Assembly (NCBI GenBank): GCA_951406725.2
Contig: OX597814.1
Span: 83,638,001 to 83,702,000 of the forward strand
Direction of reading: 5' to 3'
Source: Octopus vulgaris
Taxonomy: Eukaryota
Length of the DNA stretch: 64,000 nt
Positions within the stretch are counted from its first letter, which is position 1; each line of letters begins with the position of its first letter. The notes beneath the pieces are model-generated. The model ran no database searches. It saw only the letters and a list, made by a program, of their open reading frames with translations, and was not told where the DNA came from. Made by a program: the position numbers and the translations under genes. Positions 12,330 to 24,109 of the stretch are shown piece after piece.

Positions 12330-13065
12330 GCACAATGCAGTGAGACCCTTAACACAGCCTACCATGGAAGGGGCTCCATCTGTACGAATACCCACACATG
12401 ATTTCCATGAGAACTGCCATTTATCAAAGTACGTATTCAGAATGTTGAAAACATCCTCTCCTTTTGTAGTAACACTTAATTCTTTGCAAAAAAGAAACTG
12501 ATTTACTATTTGATCTTCATCGATAAAACGAATGAAGTTGGTGATGTCTGTTGACTCATCAGCTTGCAATGCAAAAGGCAAATACTTAAGTTTATTACTA
12601 CATACATTTTTCTCGATATCAGATGACATTTCTAAAATATGCCTGTCAACTGTATCGTTGGACAGTGGAATCTTTGTTTATTTCTTTTGCTGTTTCATTC
12701 CCAAGAATTGTCGCGACTACCTTTTTGCACGCAGGCAAAATGAGTGGCTCGCCTATAGTATGAGCTTTCATATTTTGTGCTATCAGTTGTGAAACTTGGT
12801 AGGAGGCAATTTGAGCTTTCTCAGAGACTGTGATTTTATTTATGGAAGAATTTGCCGCTTTAGTTTGCTGTTCAGACAATCTCTTAAAATAATTTGTAGA
12901 TTTATCTTGTAAATGAGGATGTTTAGTTTTTAAATGTTTGCTCAGTTTACTATGAAGCAATAATTCATTTGACATTTTTTATTTCCACATACTAAACATA
13001 GCGGCAAAGGATGGTCTTCACTTCCAGTCCATGTGAAACCAAAGCTTAAATAATTTACACCGTAC
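12330..13065 (-). mobile_element. hAT (Buster / ZBED8-SCAND3-like) transposase pseudogene
   Basis: YLSFGFT..PLCLVC..KLSKHLKTKH (BED-like), KAHTIGE.LI.PAC, IPLSNDTV, FALQADESTD, TDGAPSMVG. Frameshifted and 3'-truncated. Confidence 0.85.
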
Positions 13066-14334
13066 TTGCCAGTAAATCGCGGTTACACATATACATATAT
13101 ATGTGTACCCATGCAGTTGTAGTGAATCACGTTATTGGACAATATAGACAATGTTTGCTTCGGAGCATTCACTTCTTGTCGGAAAGATAAAGGTATTAGT
13201 TTACAACTCTCAACATAGAAGTAACGAACGTCTAACAAAAAATATACATTTCAAAGATGTAATCTCCTGAAACTCCACATCCAGTATTACATAAGTGTAT
13301 CTACACCTTTTCAAGAATCAAACACTTCAGAAAAACTATTTCAAAAGCGATATTATAGTTCATGTTTCACAACAAACTTCCAACAACGTTATAGTTTTTA
13401 AAATAACCGTGCAATTCCCCATTTATTTTAGCGTTAGTTTCAATAAATACATTTAGATGCAACCATTTTTTTTTACAAGTACGTGTACTTTTTTACTGTG
13501 CATATTATCAACAGGAAGGTTTATATAATTTGTGTGTGTGCGCGCATGTCTGTATCTCTCTTTGTCTCTTTATATGTGTGTGCGTGCGTGTGTGTCTGTG
13601 TATAAGAGAGATATACATGCGCGCGCGCACACACATACACACACACAAAACATTATTTCGCTTAGGCATAGTGATACTAATAATCAGTTGGTATACTCAT
13701 GCTTTAATGTAAAGCATTAGGAGAATACAGATCGTAATATCCATTAGTGAATGACATAACCGGCTCCATTAGCTTTCGGCTGTTTCTCTTTAAAAAGCAG
13801 TGCTCTCAGAGCCATATGCTTGTGCAACATCCTGTACAGTTAGTTGATTTTATACCTGTTCTGTATACTATATTTTTGACAAGCATTTTCCTTCAAAGAA
13901 CACCTAGTCGTGTCTCTACAATTGCATTTAGATTTTGCTTGTTTTTATAATATTTGGGGTTGGAATTTAAAATTTGTAAGTCTATGTTCCCCTTATAACT
14001 ATAGCTGACTTAACGAATTTAAGGCTCGTAACTTTTATTGTTATTTAATTGCCAAGAAATAAATATATAAATAAATAAAATTGTGATATTCTCAATTGGC
14101 ATATAAAACATCTATACAATCAGGCCTGTGTGTCAAAACGAAAAGATCCCGGCTTTAGTGTCGTCGCGAAAAGTAAACCACCGTTGGTTTGTTTTTGACC
14201 AGATGACAGAAAAGGTTAGATAGATCTGACAGTTTCTGGTCTTCTTAGACTTTCATCGGAGAAAGAATATCCCATCTTTTTGTCTACAGAGAGATTAGTA
14301 GTTTATATTTACTTCATACCTCATAGCTTTCCGT

Positions 14335-14627
14335 CGCATGCGCTGATGCAGACATGATCTCTGCCTCCCGCTTTATTTTCATTCGACGCAGCAGCTGTGG
14401 GCTGGAAGAAGCTTCGTGACAGGCTCCTCACCAGAAGGTTAGACGTCATTGTAGAAGATCTCCTGAGGCTCGACGTCACCTTGGAGGATGCAGAGGGGCT
14501 GTCACGAAACCGCCAACGATGGGAGAGTACTGATGGACCAGGTTGGCCTTATGCATGATGATGCCTCTGGGACCACTAATCTGGGATGCCTCCAACCCCA
14601 TCAAACAAGAGCGTGAAGCAAGCAAGC
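14335..14627 (+). mobile_element. RTE-type LINE 3' end
   Basis: Homologous to 43200-43448. GR..RWLDVIEEDL-like coding remnant and (GCAA)n tail. Confidence 0.6.
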
Positions 14628-15419
14628 ATCTATTTCATACTGTATACAAATTAGTACTCATCTAAACCGGTTAGTCAAATTTGCATAACAGTACATGCGC
14701 TGACAGGATTTATAAAGTTAACGGGTATAACTTACATCTCAAATTAACAAAAAACACCGTGAATTTACTATGAATTTATTAATTATTCTACTTGTCTGCG
14801 CTTGAACTGCTGTGCAAATTTCACTGATCGGTTTTACTGAGTTCTATTTTTGCAGTAAATAGCAAATATAAAGCTACTATTTTCCATAAATGTTTAAAGA
14901 TCGATTCCACTTCTTCCCACGGTGTAATGAAATCTGTGGTGTAACCATTTTACTTGCCACAGCCATTTAGAATTGTTTCCTCATCCACGTTTTTTTTTAA
15001 ATTTAATATTATTTTTCCTGCAGCCGTTGACACAGATATTCAAACCAACCTGGGAGGTCTTACAAAGGTTATGAGTGATGCCAATCTCAGGATTACTTAG
15101 ATTTAAAATTAAAATTTGCATTGTTTTGCAGGCCTCAAGTGTAAACAAAGACGAGAGGGGCGTGGCTGGAATGCTCTTGATGTTAAGTCCGCTCGACGAG
15201 GGCCACAGTATTACACTTAAGAGATCTAGGCTGTGATAAACTCTTTTAACTGGTCGATAAATATCATCCAGCTAATAAACTATGGTCAATGTGTAGATTG
15301 TAAACACTATATACTTTGTTGCTATCGTTTCCATGGTTACTGATCACATTACGTTTATATTAACAGACACTTAAAGAAGGGGAGGAAATAAAGAGTGAGA
15401 GGAAAACTGATAATAAATT

Positions 15420-15930
15420 AATAGTTTATTACCAAGATAAGCGAGAGAAAAACGGAGACAGCATTGTGAAAAGAGAAAGATATGTACAGAAAGAAGCGGA
15501 AAGAAAAAAAGAGTAAAGGAGTGAAGGGAAGGAAGGAAAGAAGTACACTATAGAAATAAAGCGTAGATTCATTGCCTGAGATGGAAAAGAAAAAAGAAAA
15601 CAATATAAAAGGAAATAAAAAGGAGAGAGCATAGAGGAAAGAAAGAAGACTGAAATAGAGAAAAGAAAGATAAAGCAAGTGAAAACGAAGGAAGTGGGAG
15701 AAGAGATGGAAGAAAGGAGACCGTTACATAATTTGCCAAAGAAAAGTTTAAAGCGAGAATACTGAAAGTTGAAGGGTGGGGGTAGGAGTTGCCAGAGTAG
15801 GGATAGTAGAGATGGATAGTGAGAGGGAAAAGGAAAAGTTGGAAGAGGAGAGTATGAGGTAAATATAACAAATTAAACGAAAGGGGGAGAGATGAGTAGG
15901 AGAGAATAGGCTGAGTATAAAAGCGAGAGG
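15420..15930 (+). repeat. Purine-rich (GA) low-complexity tract upstream of DUSP22
   Basis: About 500 bp strongly A/G-biased on the + strand. Confidence 0.7.
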
Positions 15931-15954
15931 AAGAGCTCGTTCGAACATGGCGTG
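15916..15954 (+). promoter_or_regulatory. Candidate DUSP22 core promoter: TATA box and YY1/TISU-like element
   Basis: TATAAAA at 15916-15922. GAACATGGCGTG at 15943-15954 fits YY1 AANATGGCG and 10/12 positions of TISU SAASATGGCGGC. Confidence 0.4.
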
Positions 15955-16000
15955 TTTTGAACGTGTCTTGTCTTTAGCGGGAGTCAAAAGCAGAAGATTC

Positions 16001-16021
16001 ATGGGGTCTGGAATGAGCAAG
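16001..16021 (+). CDS. DUSP22: Dual-specificity phosphatase 22/15-like, coding exon 1 (MGSGMSK)
   Basis: Matches the DUSP22 N-terminus MGNGMNK (N-myristoylation Gly2). Followed by a GTAAGC donor. Confidence 0.85.
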
Positions 16022-19000
16022 GTAAGCAATAAATCCACTGTTTATTTGCTGTTTATAAAGCACAGCCTACTTACAGTTTAGAGTAGTAACATTTATTCCT
16101 TTACAACTGTAATTCTTTTTAAATATGATTTCAAAAGCATTTGATTTTTAGAAAATGAAACTTAGAGAATAATTTACTTTAGAAGATAAACAAATATTAT
16201 CAAGAAATAATGTCATTAAATGATAAACAATAAATGTGAATATTTACCCCTCCGTCAAATGAATCGTACTTTCTTTTTATCCGATTTTCACTATTATAAC
16301 TTCCAGACAACTGATTTTAATTACTTCTTGGTTATCTCTTTAAACATCTTTTCTCTCGCCCTTAAAATATTTCTCCGTAGAATTTGGTTTCTCTTCAAAA
16401 TAATTGAAATAACTATCTTTTCGTAACTTTGATTATCAATATGAATCGTTCCTACCCTGATATAAGTATTTTCGAGAGTAATTGAGTCGATGTCTTAGTT
16501 GACTAGTGATGACAACTACGACTACATCATGGCTAGCAGATGATGACGATAATAATTATAATAATATTGTCTTTTATTATTGCCATAAGGGCGACGATGA
16601 AGTGACATTACAAGGTAATGTCACAAAAAAGTGTAGGAGGGGCTTACACTGAATTATATGAATGAAAAAGGTAGGGAAAATGATGTATATACAAATCTAT
16701 AATTCTATTAATAATGTTTATAATTTAGCCACGCGCAAACAATTTTGAGGGAGCCCTTGAGCGATTACATTAACCCTAGTATTGATTTCTAATATATAAT
16801 AATAATGACTTTTGACAATAACAATAAATGAATTACAGTGGATCTGGTGTCTTGTGACATTCGTATGACTCTCAGTGTTTCAGTACCCGCCACTGGAATA
16901 TTGCTGTAAACATGTATCAATAAAACCTATTACCGCTCCTATACTAACCGTGCTACCCGCCAGTTATCGATCGACTGCTACAGTTACTCATTCTGTTTAC
17001 TGATAACCGATACACATTGCAAATGTATGGTCTCTTTATATATTTTCACTGGTTCTTTGTCACATTTTAAAATTATTGAAAATTGCAAACCAGTTTTATA
17101 GAAATTACGAACCTGAAGAATGTAAACATAAAACTCGTAACATTTAACAAATCCAATAATATTCGAAATTGTTTAACGCTTCAAAAGAAACCTTGTGTTA
17201 AACACTGCTTATGAGCTATTGTTGCCTATAGTGACATTTTTATGTTTGTCTCTGTCTGACTGACTGTCCGCCTATCCGTCCCTCCAACCATCCATTCATT
17301 ACATTGATCGTTTAAGCTTCATTTAACAATGACTAAAAAAGTTTAAAGTCATCCTTAGCAAACAACATTTATCCTTTGCGAATGTTGCCTACTCCACTAC
17401 GGAGTAGTTAAAATAGTTTTGAACATAATAATCCACACAGTTACTGGTGAATTTAATTTGAGATGATGCTGAGTAATACTAAATTTATAGCAGATCCCGT
17501 TTTTTCTTGTAAATCTCTAATCTTTGCTGTATGTTTGACTTGGACAGATCATAATGAGCTCAGCATTTCATAATGAGTTCTATGACTCCCAAGAAGTTTG
17601 CATTATGGATGTAATTCCATAATTGCCAATTCATGGAAAGCATGTCCTCTTTACCTAAAAACAATTTCGGTTAACCTCCAGTTTCTGACCCTGGCAAAAA
17701 AATGAGAAAAAAAATAGTGTTGGTTAACTGGAGGTTAACCAAAATTTCCACATTAATTATTCTCCATATATACATTTTGTAATTTTTCAGTCTCTCATGA
17801 TTCTTTTGTGAGACCTCACACTAATCCCTGTATCGTTCTCTGACCTCTTCCCCAACTCTCACTAATGCTAGACAGTAGATTCTGTATACTGTACTGTTTT
17901 CATGTTCAGACAATCTGTCAAACGTCTTACTCTGTTTAGTGTTCTCTATATCATCCTTGTTTAGATACCATGACTGACTGTAAGAGAAAATCTTACAAGG
18001 CAAGCAACCTCCAAGACAAAATACTAACCATTGTTTGCTCTCCTTTGCACCATTTGATTTTATCATTTGGAGAACAGGCACCAGAAAGTTTTGTCTGGTT
18101 AAACCATTACATTTAGCACAGTGAACAATTAATAGCACGAGTATGCCTTGACTGGGTCCTAGCCAGCCCTATATCAGATGAATGGTGTCAACTGTTCTTG
18201 TCTTAGGAGTAGTTGCAATATACCACTACCCAATTATGCAAACACAAATATCATCACTTTTTTGTCCATTTTGAATACTGGCATGGACTGGAAGGGACAT
18301 TTTGAGGCAGTATTTTGCTGCAGGGTACCCTCTTGATTGATACTGATCCTTTTGGTTGCAACTTACGACATGTAAGGACATGATATACCTTTTTTAAAAC
18401 CTGAGATATATATGTTACATGAAATTATATATTGTGAAAAAACTTATTTTTGGAGATAGATGTAAAGATCCATTTTGGATAGGGATGGAGAGCATATATT
18501 TCTGTTGTGTATATAGGGACTAATATTATTTGAGATACCTCAAATGTAGGTGACAGAGATTGAGACTAATTTAAAGTTACCCAATATATTAATTTTCTTA
18601 TGGGGCCTTAGATGTGCACAGGCTCTAGGGCTCTTGCCACTTTTCTCCTTGGGAAGAAATAGAAAATATTATGAGATTCAGGCAGTTACATTACCATCTT
18701 GTTGGTTAATTTACTTAAAGTCATAAATCTTCAAAGAACTGTTATTTCTAGCTATCACACTGTCATTCCCCAATTCTTCAACATCCTCTTCTATTTTCGT
18801 AAGAGGTAGTCTACAGTGTATGAGATAGACAACACTGAAAGCTGATTGGTCTGTCAGTTTTCTTCATTGTCTCTGGTAAGGTCACCAGCTTCAGCATCTG
18901 ACTGGTTACTCATCACCTCCAGAACTGTATCTTTTACTAAGCTCTTCCAACATGATAAGGCTCTGCAAATCTATTTTTATGATTGAAAACAGCAGCCAGT

Positions 19001-19612
19001 GGTATATTTGGTCTTTTCAAAACATATTCAGTCAGAATTAATCTTTTCAAATGTAAAATACTATAGGATGTAAATGAGAAAGTCTGTCATCCTACAGTTA
19101 GCCTTTATTATTTTTTCTGAGAAATAAACTTCAAGTGCATATCATAAAAGAGAGTGATAGACATGAACAGTAATTATTATCAGCTGGTCTGGCTGTGCAA
19201 ATTATCTCAAGCAAAATGTTAATTAAATGATAAGGATCACTTATGCAACATGTAACCTGGTACAAGCTTATAACTTCTTAACATTTTTGATACCAACTTA
19301 CCCAACATCACCAACCATAAAATGCTTTTGTTAAGTTATTATTTAAAACCGCTTAATAATGATATTTAATTAGTTTATTAAATTCATCAATTATTTCTTA
19401 TTTTCAATATTAATTGAAATGCACAACGTAGAGTATTTTATTGGAAATATGAATATAAAAATGTTATTGATAACAACATGGACAAAGAAACTGTTCAATT
19501 GAGGTACATTTCAAATATCATTTCATTAAATGTATTATAGGAGTGAAGAAGTATATCTGTATATTATTTGCTTCTATTAATTTTATTGTTCTTTTGGAAT
19601 GTTTCTTTTCAG

Positions 19613-19729
19613 ATTCTTGATGGAGTTTACATTGGAAACTTCTATGATTCTAAAGAAGAAAAAGCACAAAAAGAAAATAGTGTTACTCATATTTTAGCTG
19701 TTCATGACAATGCCAAACCATTGCTTTCT
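19613..19729 (+). CDS. DUSP22: DUSP22-like exon 2
   Basis: tttcAG acceptor; ILDGVYIGNFYDSKEEKAQKENSVTHILAVHDNAKPLLS; GTGAGT donor; phase 0/0. Confidence 0.92.
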
Positions 19730-19987
19730 GTGAGTTGATAATTTTATGTAATTTTCTTTAACATTAACTACACAATCCCATATGTGGAATATGGTACATC
19801 TGATTCTCTTAAAACTTCTTCAGCTGTTGTATTAAAAATCCATGCTTTACTGAGGAGTTATAAGTTTGAACTATGACTGGAGTTGTCTCCCATACTTGCT
19901 GAATTCGCCTAAATAATATAAGAACGACACCTTCAACTTATAGTGCAGTGTTTTAGTTTAACTCTGAGTTAAATATGATCATCTTCA

Positions 19988-20203
19988 TTAAGGTGGTGAG
20001 CCAGCAGAATCGTTAGTATGCTGGGCAAAATGTTTAAAGGCATTTCATCTGTCTTCTCGTTCTGAGTTCAAATTCTACTAAGGTCAACTTTGCCGTTCAT
20101 CCTTTTGGCGTCAATAAAATAAGTACCAGTTGAGCACTGGAGTTAATATAATCAACTTAGCCCTTTACCCAAACTTGCTGGACTTGTGCCAAAATTTGAA
20201 ATC
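19988..20203 (+). mobile_element. SINE family 1 copy with 16-bp TSD (intronic)
   Basis: Homology to 1527-1750. TSD aatatgatcatcttca at 19972-19987 and 20204-20219. Confidence 0.8.
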
Positions 20204-21426
20204 AATATGATCATCTTCACTAACTTTTCAGTGGTATAGACAATTGCTTGCCCAGGCCTGCACATACATACACAGATACATGGTCAATACTGACCAATGG
20301 AAACCCTACATATAAACCTTATGGCAATAATTCTCAGTCTTTTTTTGATTTTGTGACATAGTATTGATTGAACAAAAACATTCCTGGTGCACTTTACAAG
20401 GTAGGTTTATAAAGGCTGTTTTAAAATTAAAAATTAAGTAAAAAAAAAAAAAAGAACAAATGGAAGAAAATTATTGCTTTGCATATTTTATGTTTTACAA
20501 AATTGTGAATAACTCCTTTTCATGACACTCAAACATTAGCATGGATTTTCTGTGACCTTATATTTTACTTGCAAGAATTTGTGGTGCACCTAGATATACC
20601 TTGCAACATCCAATGTGCCTCAGCAAACTATTTATGAATCACTGCCTTGTGATAAATACTAACATCAGATTATCATCTTATAACTCATCATTGACTTAGT
20701 TAAAGTAGTTAGTATGATTATATTATCATCATTGTAGACAGTTTTCAGAGCAAAAATTAGAAACACTTCTGTAGATATACAGACCTTTATATCAAAAAAC
20801 TTTATATCTAAACCTGGACATATGTGCCAAAGGCAACATGGCAAAGTCGAATGTGTAAATTAATAACAAATTAACACTTCTGTTAACAATCAAGTCATAG
20901 CAGACACAGTAAATTGAGTGACAGGCTATTTAATGACAGTTTTAATTCATCCTCAAAGTTATAAAAGGAACATCGTGTATCAATAGAAAAATACAGGATT
21001 TTAGATGTACTTTATGTACGGGAGTCGTTAATAGTGAGAGCACTTTTGTTTTTCCATAATTAGTGGTATATTGTATAATCTATAAGTATCTTGTCTTGCA
21101 ATGCTGATCCTGAAGAAGCTAGTCTAGTGCACACTTCTTAATATCACTAAGTCTTCTGTGGCATCTCAGATTTCCAAGTTATGATTTTTTTTTGGCTACT
21201 GATGCACTTTGAAGTGTTAAGAAAAGTGAAACATCAACTACTTGCAAGGCTTTAACTAGTTTCATTACTCTTTTAAAATTTAACAACTAATTCTTAGTTG
21301 TTAAATAAAAAGGGCATTTTTTACTTAAGATATTTTATATTTAAGGTCTTAAGATCTTTTCTTTCTTTTAAAACATATATTTTTTTCCCCAGTTTGAAGC
21401 TTTGCTTTATTTACTTTTTTGTTCAG

Positions 21427-21551
21427 GATAAAGTTTACCTGTGTATCTTTGCCAGTGACAATCCCCAACAGTGTTTGAGCCAATATTTTGAAGAGAGTAT
21501 AGACTTCATTCACAAAGCTAGACAAGAAGGAGGTGGTGTACTTATTCATTG
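21427..21551 (+). CDS. DUSP22: DUSP22-like exon 3
   Basis: ttcAG acceptor; DKVYLCIFASDNPQQCLSQYFEESIDFIHKARQEGGGVLIH+TG (general-acid Asp in ASD); GTGAG donor, phase 2. Confidence 0.93.
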
Positions 21552-22040
21552 GTGAGAGTTTATTTTAATTATTAATTGACATTTTGCACACAATGAAAAA
21601 AATTTGCTTTCTCACTTGTAAAAGACCTTGTTACAGAATGTATGACATTTACAACTATTTTGTAGTTGCTGTTACAATTCTATATATTTGCTTCTTTACT
21701 CTAATAAGATTTATGTCCCTTGAAGCTGAGACATACTGACCAACTACCTCTGTTCCTCTGAACAAGCAAATTGTATGCCACCTCTTCAGCCCATCCAGCA
21801 CACTCATTTCTCATTCTTTTGTCACCTTCATAATATCTTACTTCATCAGTCCTTGTTCTAAACACTTTGCCAAATAATTCATCATCAGAGTTGTATCTTT
21901 TGGAATTTTATCCTTTTCTTATTTTCATTTTTTGTTTTATTTTTTGTTATTTTGTTGTTTTTTTTTAATTTTGTCTTGAAGTTTCATTTTGATGTAGTTT
22001 AGCCAGATATGTCTACTTGATTGGTCAATCTCAATTCCAG

Positions 22041-22212
22041 TTTGTCAGGAGTATCACGAAGTGTAACACTCACAGTAGCCTATATAATGACGATAACAAG
22101 CCTGAACTGGAGGGATTCTATGAATGCTATAAGAGGGGCACGGAACTGTGCTAACCCAAACTATGGTTTCCAAAGGCAACTGAGAGAATATGAAGAGAAT
22201 GGGTTGGAAGCT
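22041..22212 (+). CDS. DUSP22: DUSP22-like exon 4 (catalytic P-loop)
   Basis: ccAG acceptor. Splicing gives TG+T=Cys, forming HCLSGVSRS..AYIM..R..ANPNYGFQRQL. GTAAGT donor. Confidence 0.95.
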
Positions 22213-23893
22213 GTAAGTAAATTTATTTTATGGTGAAAGGGAAGTATCTCCCTGATTTATCATCTCACCATCATCGTCATGATCAGAAGCCATCAAAGAA
22301 GCCACTACATGGTCATTTGGTCTACTTGAAATAGCAGCTAAATCTCTCTAAAATCACATCCTACCATCTTAAAAAAACAAAGATACATTAAATAATGATG
22401 TCTTAGATACACTATGCCTGAGAAAAAAATAGACTAGATGGTAATTGGGAGAATACTTTTGACCAAGATCAATTAAGGCTGACTTGAGGCTAAACAACAA
22501 CCATTGTCACCACCACACTCCAACAGCTTTTTCTCTCATATACCATCACCTTTTTTTTTCTGCATGAAGTCTGTTTCTTCTTCCAGTGATTTCCCAAAAT
22601 ATTGTGTCTATGTGAAACTAAAAGTATATTTGATGTTTTTGTTGAATGTGGTAAATTGAACATTTTTAGTGACAGGACCCTGTTTTCCATTAGCAGTTGT
22701 AGGTTGCAAAGAACACTCTAGCAGCCCTCCTGAGCTGTGAAGTATTGCCATAAGTGGTGGTCAGTAATGTAAGCTAGCAATAACCATTGTCATCAGAAAA
22801 AAGTAATTTAATTTAGGGAGAAGTAGTCATTAGTGATATGTAGATGCCTAAATAAAACCTGAAAGTGAATTTTTTAGGTACCACTTTTTATTTGTTTTAC
22901 ATTGGCTTCCCATAGCAGTACTACAGCATTAAAAATTGTAGACATGTTTACAATTCAATCCTAGTTTATATTTTATTTTAAAAAGTAACAAAGAAAAAAA
23001 AAATGAAAATCTAAAGTTTGATTATATTATCATCATTGTAGACAGCTTTCAGGGCAAAAACTATAAAAACGTCCATAGACATACAGACTTTTATTTGGAA
23101 TATAAAAAAAAACTGCAAAAGAAGTTCTAAACTTGAATATATGGGCCAAAGACAATTTGGCAAAAGTCCAATATGTAGATTAATATCAAAAACTCAAAAA
23201 TCCCACTGAACTTCCTTGAGATATAGGAACAGAGTAGCAGCTGACTATTGCATACTCAATATAATGAATAGGTTCAAAAAGATGCAGTCGAATATCTATT
23301 AGATCAATAGAAAAATACAGGACTTTAGACATGCTTTGTATACAGTAGTTCATAGTGTGAGCTCTTTTGTATTGAAGTTTATGAACTGTGCAGTAAACAT
23401 AATTGATAGTTTCTATTACAGGTGATGTAATTATAGTGCAGGAAGCACACGAAGGTTGAAGAAATTCATAGAACTGTTATCTCTGCTGATAAAGGGTTTC
23501 TTTCTCTGTAAAGGCCAATCATAAACTGAATGGTAAAAGCATTGCTGGGCTGGAGGTAACTGAGGTAATCAGGATGAGTTATGATAACTTGTATGAAAGA
23601 TAGATTACAAGTGAAATGAAAGAAATTTGAAAGGCATTATTGGCTAGTGCATGCAGGAGAGATAAGTGTACTGGTATGGAGTTGTGACATGAATGCTGGA
23701 TCACCATTTCAGAATGGGTGTTTAAATGATTGTTTGAAAAGAGATTAAATATTATGTAAAATATTATATTTTCCTGTATTTTAATTGATTAGTATTAGAG
23801 ACATATAATCAAGTGAAAAACTTTTATTTCAGTTCTTCAATATATCAGTGTTTCTCAAACTTGATTGGTTAATTTTTTTTTTTTTTTTTCAAG

Positions 23894-24109
23894 GCTCGGA
23901 AACGTTTGAAAGAGAAGTACCCTGACTATGATAACAAAAATGATGAACAACGCTGTCAGGAGCTTCTGAAATGTTATCAACATTACTTAGCACATGGATC
24001 CCAGAGTGATGTTGCTGTCTGGGTATATAACCTGAATGAAGGAAAAAAGACATCTGAAGAAAGCAAAAGCTCTACAGATGTTGTGAAGTCAAAATCCAAT
24101 GAAACCTGA
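23894..24109 (+). CDS. DUSP22: DUSP22-like terminal exon 5
   Basis: Poly-T tract + caAG acceptor; ARKRLKEKYPDYDNKNDEQRCQELL...SNET*. Total CDS 651 nt = 216 aa. AATAAA near 24734 and 24979. Confidence 0.85.
   Translation, partial: ARKRLKEKYPDYDNKNDEQRCQELLKCYQHYLAHGSQSDVAVWVYNLNEGKKTSEESKSSTDVVKSKSNET

Noticed and set aside
15418-16038. Hydrophobic F/L/S-rich ORFs that look like membrane proteins (also 27784-28245, 50775-51101, 55566-56169)
   Set aside because: Artefacts of purine/pyrimidine-biased low-complexity DNA.
17105-17140. CTGAAGA-atgt-aa-acat-aaaac hammerhead-like string
   Set aside because: Lacks G12 and a proper stem III/cleavage triplet; no second copy to support it.
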